From Glycera tridactyla (taxonomy: Eukaryota), in assembly GCA_965644265.1 (NCBI GenBank), contig OZ286476.1, forward strand, positions 4,650,001 through 4,714,000: a stretch of 64,000 bases of DNA, written 5' to 3'. The translations under genes and the position numbers were made by a program. The notes beneath the pieces are model-generated. The model saw only the letters and a program-made list of their open reading frames with translations, searched no databases and was not told the DNA's origin. This document shows, in pieces, positions 33,956-43,289 of the stretch; within the stretch, counting starts at the first letter, position 1; each line of letters opens with the position of its first letter.

Positions 33956-35501
33956 ATTTCTCATTGGTTATCACCAAGGTGAGACGGAATATATTGTTTC
34001 AGGAATCAGAGATGGCTTTGATATTGGTTTTTCAGGAATTTCACCTGCATATAGAGGTAACAATTCTTATATAGTTCATCAATTATATAATGAAGCAAGG
34101 CATCTGATTTTTGAGGATGTTGCTTTGGATAGGATAGCTGGCCCCTTTTCAGAACCACCTTATATTAATTTTCAGATTTCTCCCATTAATATTGTACCAA
34201 AAAAGGAACCTGGTTCTTTCCGCCTTATCCATAACCTTTCGGCTCCTTACAATCACTTATCGATTAATGCGAACATTCCCGACAGTGAAGCATCTGTTCA
34301 GTATACCTCCGTTATTTCTGTAATTAATTTCATCACAGATATAGGCAAAAATACATATTTATGTAAGACAGACATTAAGTCTGCGTTCAGAATTTTGCCT
34401 GTCTCTCCTAGTCAATTTCATTTGCTAGGTTTACGGTTAGGTAACGAATTTTTCGTTAACAAATGTTTGGCTATGGGTTGCAGATCATCCTGTCGTATTT
34501 TTGAGAGATTTTCCTCAGCCATACAATGGATTTGTCAAAACAGATTAGGTATTCCGTTCGTCTCACATATGATTGACGACTTCTGCTTTGCTGCTGACGG
34601 GTATGATGAGTGCCTTGCTAATTTACTATCTTTCCAATCTTTCTGTAAGGAAGTTGGAATACCTCTTTGTCCTAAGAAAACAGTGTACCCTACACAGTCC
34701 CTTTCTTTCTTGGGAATTGAATTGAACGTTGGTCAAGGTTTTGCAAAAATTCCTATGGACAAGTTAAGGAAATATGCGGATGAAATTGACATGATTTTAT
34801 CCTCACGATCAGTTTCTTTTGGATCATTGCGGTCTTTAATTGGTAAGCTTAACTGGGCCACATCCTTGATAAGACCTGGCAAGTCTTTTATGAGGGGTCT
34901 CATTAATGCTACCATAGGCCTAACTAATCCTGTTCATCGCATTGTGTTTTCACATGAATTGCAAAAAGACTTGGAAATGTGGAGAGAATTCCTTTTGAAT
35001 TATAATGGTTTCTCTTTTCTTCGCGATATTACGATTAGCCGATCAATACAAGAACATATCGCTTCCGACGCATGTAAAACCGGTGCGGGAGTGGTATACA
35101 GGAACCTCTGGTTCTATTTGGCTTTTTCTGATCAATGGTCCAATCTCAATATAGCATATTTGGAATTCTTTCCTATCATGGTGGCGATTATGACTTTTCG
35201 TTCTTCTCTAAAACACAAACACGTGGTGTTTCATTGTGATAATCATGCTGTTGTAGATGTTATCAATAAGCGATCTGCAAAAAATCTTGATCTCATGCGC
35301 ATTATGCGTCATGTCATGCTTTTTACCTTATACAATGACATTGATTTTTCAGCAGTCCACATACCTGGTTCTGAAAATATCATACCTGATCTTATTTCTC
35401 GAAATAACTGTTCGCAGGAGAGGTTGCGAGGAGCTGGGATGGCGATATACCCGGTGGCTGTTGCAGATCACTTCAATCCTCAGAGTTGTGGTCCTTGGTA
35501 G
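33687..35501 (+). CDS. Ngaro reverse transcriptase / RNase H (604 aa ORF, overlaps gag; true start uncertain)
   Basis: PKKEPGSFRLIHNLS, KTDIKSAFR, LAMGCRSS and HMIDDF (YLDD variant). RNase H motifs SDACKTG, YLEFFP, HCDN and HIPGSENIIPDLISR. Confidence 0.95.
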   Translation: MLLMFLQTKIIKTNKENSAFKMVSASIITRKIRNVCFRNVRTSIYVRLVTESTPFIYVGPMGQESLKKQNLTKKSLTRVTTPIQYQRISEFLIGYHQGETEYIVSGIRDGFDIGFSGISPAYRGNNSYIVHQLYNEARHLIFEDVALDRIAGPFSEPPYINFQISPINIVPKKEPGSFRLIHNLSAPYNHLSINANIPDSEASVQYTSVISVINFITDIGKNTYLCKTDIKSAFRILPVSPSQFHLLGLRLGNEFFVNKCLAMGCRSSCRIFERFSSAIQWICQNRLGIPFVSHMIDDFCFAADGYDECLANLLSFQSFCKEVGIPLCPKKTVYPTQSLSFLGIELNVGQGFAKIPMDKLRKYADEIDMILSSRSVSFGSLRSLIGKLNWATSLIRPGKSFMRGLINATIGLTNPVHRIVFSHELQKDLEMWREFLLNYNGFSFLRDITISRSIQEHIASDACKTGAGVVYRNLWFYLAFSDQWSNLNIAYLEFFPIMVAIMTFRSSLKHKHVVFHCDNHAVVDVINKRSAKNLDLMRIMRHVMLFTLYNDIDFSAVHIPGSENIIPDLISRNNCSQERLRGAGMAIYPVAVADHFNPQSCGPW

Positions 35502-36394
35502 ATAACCTGGTATATAACTCATTTGCTGCATCCACATGGAAAAGTTACACTAACGCATGGTGTGATTTCTGCAATTTTCTAGATGAGGTAGGCATTTCTT
35601 TATCTCATGATGCTATTTCTCTTTATGTAGCATTTTTATTTCTAAGAGGTTTAAAAGTCACATCTATAAGATCCAGACTTTCAGCCATATCTCATGGACT
35701 TAAGATGAATCACCTTGAGGATTTTTGTAAAAGTTACGTGATCATTCGAATGTTGGCGGGTCTAGCTAAAGATCCTAGTATTCAACCCGATCACAGAGCG
35801 GCTATTGACAAGCCTTTGTTACATAACATCATACTATCTATTGATCTTTTTAATCTATCTCATTATGAAGCTACTCTTTTGAAAACTATGTTCATTTGGG
35901 CCTATACGGCATGCCTTAGGGTTTCGGAATACGCTAATTCAAGTGATCTTTATCAGCATTTTTTATGTTTAAATGACATTGAGTTATATCACACTCCCTC
36001 GGGAATAGCTTATAAGCTCACCATTCGGTCACATAAATTTTCAAAAGAAGAAAAATCCTTCATGATTTTTCCTTCCCAGGACCTTCTCTTTTGTCCGGTC
36101 AATAACATGTGCCAGTATCTCATGTTAAGAGGTAATATGGATGGTCCTCTTTTCATGCTCAATGGATTACCTGTATCCAGCAGATACGTCAATTCTTGGA
36201 TCAAGAGACTTTGTATTTCTTCTTCAAATGCTAAAAAATTCTCTAGTCACTCGCTACGTATCGGTAGATGTACGGATTGGGTTAGGGAAGGTCTCTCCAA
36301 TGAAAATATAAGGTTAAGAGGAAGATGGTCTTCTGACGCTTTTAAAGCTTATATTCGTCCGGATTTAGTTCATTTGAATGGGCCGTCTGGCTAA
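35486..36394 (+). CDS. Ngaro tyrosine recombinase (302 aa)
   Basis: Catalytic R (CLRVSE), HxxR (SHSLRIG), GRW and Y (FKAYIR). Confidence 0.95.
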   Translation: MWSLVDNLVYNSFAASTWKSYTNAWCDFCNFLDEVGISLSHDAISLYVAFLFLRGLKVTSIRSRLSAISHGLKMNHLEDFCKSYVIIRMLAGLAKDPSIQPDHRAAIDKPLLHNIILSIDLFNLSHYEATLLKTMFIWAYTACLRVSEYANSSDLYQHFLCLNDIELYHTPSGIAYKLTIRSHKFSKEEKSFMIFPSQDLLFCPVNNMCQYLMLRGNMDGPLFMLNGLPVSSRYVNSWIKRLCISSSNAKKFSSHSLRIGRCTDWVREGLSNENIRLRGRWSSDAFKAYIRPDLVHLNGPSG

Positions 36395-36409
36395 TTAGCT
36401 TAGCATGTG

Positions 36410-37056
36410 GGGCATCCGGCTATGATTTACCTGGCCATCTATACACGATTTTGAAGCATCTACACGATTTCTCTTCGCCATCTCCAAGAATGTATCGGGG
36501 GTTTTGGATTGTACGACGACAACAATCATTGTAATCATTTATTATCAATTGTCATAATTTATGTTTCATCATTATTCGATAAAATGACACGATTAACCTT
36601 CTTTGGTAATTAGCATCAATTTTGGATCATAATTGCTAATTATGCAATTATGCTATTAGCCAATTATGCAATTGAACTTGGCTAATTATGCAATTGGAAG
36701 TAGCAATTGTCCAGGAAGGTTAATCACAGTATAGCTACGGCTAATTCGCTTTATAGCAAGTGTACCGACACAATTGTTTGTGTCAGAGTTTGTGTGCCTC
36801 TGGGCACTTTATTTGTTCGAGGCACATACAGATAATTGCCTTTGTGTTGGGTCCAGAGGCACATATTATAAAAATAAATGCCAACTATAATTATTTGTCT
36901 TTGATGTGTTTGTCTTGATCTGGAGATTATTTATGATATCAATATCTCGAGTTTACAATATTATCTCAGGTTGGACGTCTGTCTCAAGCCGCTTGGTGTA
37001 GATCTTAGGGCTTGTGGCTTGAGACCAAGCCAGGTCATATAATTTTGAAAAAATAT
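36410..37056 (+). repeat. Ngaro repeat B1 (647 bp)
   Basis: Direct repeat of 37392-38038, with no difference noticed by eye. Confidence 0.95.
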
Positions 37057-37358
37057 AATTTTCCGGCGGTAAATTCATTTTTTGGAAATGGCCTTTGACT
37101 TGGAGGTTTATACTAGTTCCTTTCCTTGCCGCTAGATGGCTAGAAGTTTGACCCCTCGTGTTTTCTCTATGTAAGTCTTTTTTAGACGCAATTTTTTCAC
37201 AAGAATAATTTATTTTAAGTGTCGTCTTATTTATGATTATATTATTCTTTATATACATAAAAAAGATTTATGTTGCAGGACTTCATGATTGTAGGGGGCG
37301 TCTTGGCTCATGTATAAAAGCGGTTGTCAGCCATGATTCTGCCTCACTTCCGATTATC
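37053..37358 (+). repeat. Ngaro repeat A2
   Basis: Copy of A1 fused to B1 through ATAT. Confidence 0.95.
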
Positions 37359-37391
37359 GACCCTCCTCCTCCCCTTGCGCCTCCTTTATAA

Positions 37392-38038
37392 GGGCATCCG
37401 GCTATGATTTACCTGGCCATCTATACACGATTTTGAAGCATCTACACGATTTCTCTTCGCCATCTCCAAGAATGTATCGGGGGTTTTGGATTGTACGACG
37501 ACAACAATCATTGTAATCATTTATTATCAATTGTCATAATTTATGTTTCATCATTATTCGATAAAATGACACGATTAACCTTCTTTGGTAATTAGCATCA
37601 ATTTTGGATCATAATTGCTAATTATGCAATTATGCTATTAGCCAATTATGCAATTGAACTTGGCTAATTATGCAATTGGAAGTAGCAATTGTCCAGGAAG
37701 GTTAATCACAGTATAGCTACGGCTAATTCGCTTTATAGCAAGTGTACCGACACAATTGTTTGTGTCAGAGTTTGTGTGCCTCTGGGCACTTTATTTGTTC
37801 GAGGCACATACAGATAATTGCCTTTGTGTTGGGTCCAGAGGCACATATTATAAAAATAAATGCCAACTATAATTATTTGTCTTTGATGTGTTTGTCTTGA
37901 TCTGGAGATTATTTATGATATCAATATCTCGAGTTTACAATATTATCTCAGGTTGGACGTCTGTCTCAAGCCGCTTGGTGTAGATCTTAGGGCTTGTGGC
38001 TTGAGACCAAGCCAGGTCATATAATTTTGAAAAAATAT
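37392..38038 (+). repeat. Ngaro repeat B2
   Basis: Copy of B1, separated from A2 by 33 bp. Confidence 0.95.
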
Positions 38039-38116
38039 CTAGAAGAACCGTCGCCTTGTGGGGAGTGAAGGTATGCGTCTCCGTCACGGCTGGGTAGACT
38101 TCCTTTAGGGCCCCGT

Positions 38117-41017
38117 TCACTGGAAAATCGATTCATGAGAGGAGGCAATCCTGAGGTCAGCAAAGTGGCCTGAACCGCAACTTGCACCCTGACCTTTACC
38201 GAAACGATTTTCAGGTCTGTCCCTTCTTGGCGAGTGTGGATCGCTTGTATCATGTGATTTATGTGTCTGTTGGTGTCCATTCTGATTGTCGATTTCGTTC
38301 CGAGATTCTAGTGCTCTTTCTCTGAGTGCTGTACGGCGTTTTTTACGGCTCCTTGAGAGGTCTTGAGGCTTACTTTCGTTCGCGCCGGCACTAATGGCTG
38401 TATTTGATTCAGAGAAATTTATCCTCATGTCATCTGGTCTTTTGATGACTATTGGGGTACTGTCGATAGTTTCGGTGATCCAGACTCTCCCAGAGTTAGT
38501 CCACGTGTGGTTAATTTTTTTCTCCTTTTTTGCTTTTCTGGCACTGTAGTAAATACTGCTGTTGAGGGAGGTGAGATGTTCGCTAACAAAAATCTTGGTC
38601 TCTCTCAGGTTCCATTTCTGTTGCATGAGCCATCTTTTAGAAGATGGGTCCCTAAACTTCACATGCACAGATCTGGGTGCGTTTCGATCTCTAGACGGTC
38701 TGCGGAAAGGAAAACACGAGACAATGTCATTTGTTGTAAAACCCGCCCTCAGTCTATGATTGAACACCTCGATAAGAACGGCCTTATAATCGTCACCTGG
38801 TTCAACATCAATGCCATCAATGATGGCTATGTCTTGGCGCTCATTCAATTCCAAATTTTCTAATCTGGATCCATGTATGACAACTTCATGTTGAGTTTCT
38901 TTGTGGGTATCAGAGAGGTCACAAAAGCGTTGTTCAAAGATCTATTTGTCTGTATCAGATAAAGGGTTATTTGGATTTTGTTTACATCTTTCATAAACGG
39001 CCTTTAGTATATCCAGTGCTTGCACGGTGCAATCGACCTTGTCATTTACTTCATGAATTTTGTTTGAAACGCTCAGGACTTCACCCTTTAGGCTTACGAT
39101 GTCCTCACAGATGATGTCTTCCAATTCACTGATCGTTTTCTTGCTCTTGCAGAGCTCACGTTCGTGTCTCTCCAAGATACTGTTAGTTTCTGCGGATTTG
39201 GCTAGAGAGTTCTTCAAATTCAAATTCACGATTTCGACCATATCTTTCTGGCAAGGCTGGTGTTTCTGTTCAAGTGCACTATCAACAGCAAGCCTAATCA
39301 TACGTGGCAACACAGCATTCATAGTATTCATAATGAAATCCTCAGTGTCGAGCCCTATCGGCACTCGCTCCCCTATTTTATCATCGTCATGGTTGTCTGG
39401 AGGTTTAACAGACCCACCGATCACGGTCAATGATTGATCATTTGGATCTGTGCTACCAAGAGCTGTATGAGAGTCCAATAAAATGGCCTCCGAGTCATCC
39501 ATAGTTTCCTGTTTTCCTAGTGGGGATACATGCCTTAGATGCTTTCTGGCCGGAGTTTGAAGGTGTGTAAGAGATACATCTTCCAGAGAGATTGAGTGAG
39601 AAGAGTCATCTCTTTTTCTCCTTGTATTTGGACGTGGCATCCCATAGGAAGAAAATTTAGGCAATCTGCTACCCTCGACAGCCAGTATCAAGTCACTTCA
39701 AATATTAATACCATCAGTAGATTTAGCAATGACAGTTTCTTGACTGGAGTCAGTCAGGAACAGAGATTTTGAAACAGAGGGCGATTCATCTGCATTGTTT
39801 GAGGGGTGTATGCCACCATTCTGTATTGTACCTTTAGCACCACAAGGGGACACAATATTGCGTTCGGTACTGAGAGATTGAGTCTGGTCAGCAGTAGAGT
39901 TTTCCATCAAAAGGCCAGACGTTTGGGTAGGCAATGAAATAGGTGGTGCTACAGGTACCGTTGGACTCTTGGCAGGAGGGATATCACTCAATTTGATTTT
40001 CTCAGAAGAGTCGTCAACCCCAGGCTTATTTGATATTTGAGATTCGCTGGAGAGATCATCCATAATGCCAACTGATGCAGTTTCTGAAGAATCAGATGTA
40101 ACTGATTTGCATGTCAGATCCTTGTTTGCGCATTTCGCCATATCTTTATGTGATAGTGGTTCTCCAGAGTCAAGTATCAAGAGTGGGTCATGATTGCTAT
40201 AATTTATAGCAGGAGCACTACCACTTTTTTCCTCAGCTCTATGGAGATTGTCCAGAGCAATGTCACAACTTTCTTGACTCCCAAATTTAAGGTTGTCTCG
40301 TGAGGTTGCAGCATTCAATACTTTTTCGCCTAGTCTACGTCTCAGTCTCTCACGAGGACCACCCACAAGTAAGTTAGGAGTAGAATGGCAATGGGAAGGC
40401 ATCAACTGGGAACTTGAACCAAAACTCATGTCAAGAAGTTCATTGTCTATGATATCCGTTTTGGCACGTGGTTTCTGATCATTGGACTCGTCTCCTTCAA
40501 GTGACACAAAATGCTCACCAACATTAAGACCCACCAATGACTCGACTTTTGCATCATTCTGCGAGCAATTAAATCCATCAGGTACCTTTGAATCTGGCCG
40601 CATTTGAGTTTCTAGAAGTGGCTGGTCCGAATATCTTGGTGGTGAGACGATAAACCAGCTCGAGTTTTGGATGGAAGAGTCACTCGGAGCATTGAAATGA
40701 GAACTCGAATGAGATTGAGTCGGTGTTTTTTCATTCAAACTCACAGTCTTACTTGTAGATCGTAAAGCAGTACCGATAGCAGATGGAGTGGCAATGTCGT
40801 CAGCAGCGGCACTGACTTCTGGATTAAATTTATCCCCATCACGAGAAAGACGTTCCCCTTGAGTGATCACACCCGATTCATTGACAGAGGCATATAGAAA
40901 TTCCGAATTTACCAATTTCTGTCTTGTTTCAACTTCTTTTGGATCGACGCCCAGGTTCACAAGAACGAAATCCTTCATAAAGCTCTGGATAGAAGTCTGC
41001 ACTGTACGTCTAGACAT
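38117..41017 (-). pseudogene. Long LINE ORF1 (about 966 codons) interrupted by two in-frame stops
   Basis: The three listed ORFs are in one frame, separated only by TGA (39698-39700) and TAG (38942-38944). S/T/P/D-rich N-terminus, coiled-coil-like middle, and a C-terminal PRSVHVKF...IFVSEHLT...WTNSGRVW block typical of CR1/L2-group ORF1. Confidence 0.8.
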
Positions 41018-41129
41018 CTTAGGCACCCATGTGGAGTGGAGCAAATGACGGACCGACCACTCACTCCGCCATCTTGCACATGAAGATGCCCTCAGTCATT
41101 GTACGAAATTTTTGTCAAATCTACCTGTA

Positions 41130-41510
41130 ATTGTGACAGGTGCATACAACATAAGGAGTCCACGTCGTTAGTGTGTTGATGTGTCAACCCTAATGCTCCA
41201 GAGCAGAATTGACCTATTATGCCTCTCCGAGAGTTTCTTGAACAATGCCATCGCTGACGAGAAGCTAAACATTCCCGGTTACCGCATCATCTGGCAGGAC
41301 AGATCAAAGGCTAGTGGCAAGTCTGGAGGAGGTGGTTAATAGATTATAACCAGAGCCATCACAAGATCAACCTGATTGACGAGCTGTGTATCTGTAATCC
41401 TGCGATTTAATGTATCACCTTCACATTAGTCTTGGGAAATGCAAGCCCAACTTTTTATCTGTCCGTGTATAGGCCTCCAGATGGCAGCTTGTCAAGTGCA
41501 CTTGAAAGAT
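41130..41510 (+). pseudogene. Degenerate LINE AP-endonuclease N-terminal fragment
   Basis: AYNIRS...LLCLSESFLN...IPGY...QDRSKASGKSGGGG...VYRPPDG with stops and frameshifts. It resembles the start of ORF2 at 26761. Confidence 0.75.
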
Positions 41511-42428
41511 GAGGATACCTCAGTGAAAAATGGAGATAGAAAGGCAATAGTTCGTAACAATACGTATCTGACATAGGGGGAGGAGATGGGAGTGATATAT
41601 GTTTAGGGAAATAGTTGGAGTGATGTGTAGGCAGTTTCCGATTAGTTTTTCAATGTTAGTTTCGACCACTCAGTGTTGGTGAATGGTTCTCAGAGTCAGA
41701 GAGCTGGGAGTCGAGTCGCTGGAATCGAGCATGAAAGTGACACACTTTCTCCGAAAACTCGACTGAAATAGATCTCTTTCAGTCAGAAGTGGAGAGATTT
41801 GGGTATCTGTCTTGGAGAAGCTGGCATCTTCTTTCCCGCTCACAGTTCTCACTCTTTCTAATGATCAAAGGCAGTTACATAAAAGCGTTTGGACCTTAAA
41901 TTTTGTCCTGAAGGAGGTGTTGAAATCGGGGAGTCTGCCATCTGTGTCCCCACAAGATTGCTGCCTTAGACAAGCCATTGACTCCATACACTGAAACAGC
42001 TATGAGTGAGTAATGTAAGTGCTTGATGTGATCAGAAGTTGTTCTTAGGATCATCTAGGAGGCTTTTTAGGGGTCATTGTTCATACTTGCTCGACTGGAC
42101 ATTCTGTTATCATGCCATCACATGTAGATTGCACCCACCAATGGGCGCGGGACTTTTACTCTGAAGTGTTGCCATCGGGGATGGTGTTGCCTAGGTGTAG
42201 CATCATCCCTTCTCTTCTTCTCAAAATCTTTTGGAATGGGGGGTTGAATGAAAACATACCTTCAAAAATTTCTATCATCTATCTTTAGGCATTTTCTACC
42301 AAAATTGCACTATCACCAGATTTCTTTTTCTTGACCTCTTTCCCATCCTTCTAAGCTATTTCTTATTTCTTCAGTGAAATGGTCTCAGGTGTAGGTAGCT
42401 GATGGTTTGCCTGTAGCAGATATTGTCA

Positions 42429-42806
42429 CTATGCAAAACGCGGGTACCAGGCACACCAGTTCAGGGCTACGAAGGATGCGACTAGGTTCACTACGTTGTG
42501 TGATGGCATTGTACTGCCAGCATAGGGCAAGCCATGATTGTGAAGCTGGTTTGAAGTTGACAGTTCGTAATTGAAGAATTTGTTTGAGTATTCTTCGAAC
42601 CTAATGCTTTTCCTTGTTTCAAGTACTGTGCTTTGCGTGAAAAAAGCATGGCTATCAGGCTTGAGTGGCAGCTTCCAGCCACTTACATAGTTAGATATGC
42701 CATCATCATGTTCAATATGTCTTTTTTGTAGAGTTAGAGTTGGTAGGGATGTGTCTGAACCATCAGCTACTTCCACTTGACAACCTTTCAGGGAGTTCCC
42801 CATCAT
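42429..42806 (-). pseudogene. Possible DNA-transposase C-terminal relic (P-element/THAP-like)
   Basis: NYVSGW...HGLP...PSHNVV loosely recalls YIAGY...GGL..PS..V. Weak match. Confidence 0.25.
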
Positions 42807-43289
42807 CTTATGTTCAGGGTTTGTGTGAGTGATGTCTGCAGGGGAGAGACCATCTAGCTTTCATTAACCAGTAACACACGGCATACATAACCCGGGGGAT
42901 GATACATGCCATTATGCCCCAAACAAACAAACGAACAAACAGACATGCCATTACATGTCATCGGATCCTCCATGCTTTGTTTTGAATGCACTGATTTTCA
43001 AGCATACTTGGTCTAAAATCAAAATTTTGTATGTTTTTTTCCATGCTGAACATTTTTGCCTTCAAATGCCTTTTAGACCCGTTTTGGCTAGTAATTTTCA
43101 TCATTCACTGCATTCTGAGTTGTTCTTGAGAAGTCCCTGTGCTGTTCCGGTGAATGTGGATAAGTATTGTTCCCAGTGCAGTACGCCAGTATGAGAGAAA
43201 CAGGGACAAGCAGAGCCGTTAGAATAGTGTATTTTTTGCTTGAACTCACTGAATCCGTTGCAACAATCGTGTTCACAGAATCAGACCCG

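Larger units (their letters stand above)
30757..38038 (+). mobile_element. Intact Ngaro-type tyrosine-recombinase retrotransposon with split direct repeats
   Basis: A1 30757-31062, B1 36410-37056, A2 37053-37358, B2 37392-38038, with four uninterrupted ORFs (SGNH, gag, RT/RH, YR). ATAT is shared at both ends and at the B1/A2 junction. Confidence 0.95.
23147..41085 (-). mobile_element. Putative full-length CR1/L2-group LINE (about 10.7 kb excluding the Ngaro insert): ORF1, SGNH ORF, repeat arrays, ORF2
   Basis: YY1-like CAAGATGGCGG at 41066-41076 just upstream of ORF1, with all ORFs co-oriented. The 3' UTR ends in AATAAA plus (AATCTAA)n at 23147-23170. That these parts form a single element is an inference. 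Confidence 0.6.

Noticed and set aside
24995-39700. Stop-codon recoding or an alternative genetic code in the LINE ORFs
   Set aside because: The stops are of mixed type (TGA, TAG, TGA), and neighbouring ORFs end normally in TAA/TAG/TGA. Nonsense mutation is the simpler explanation.
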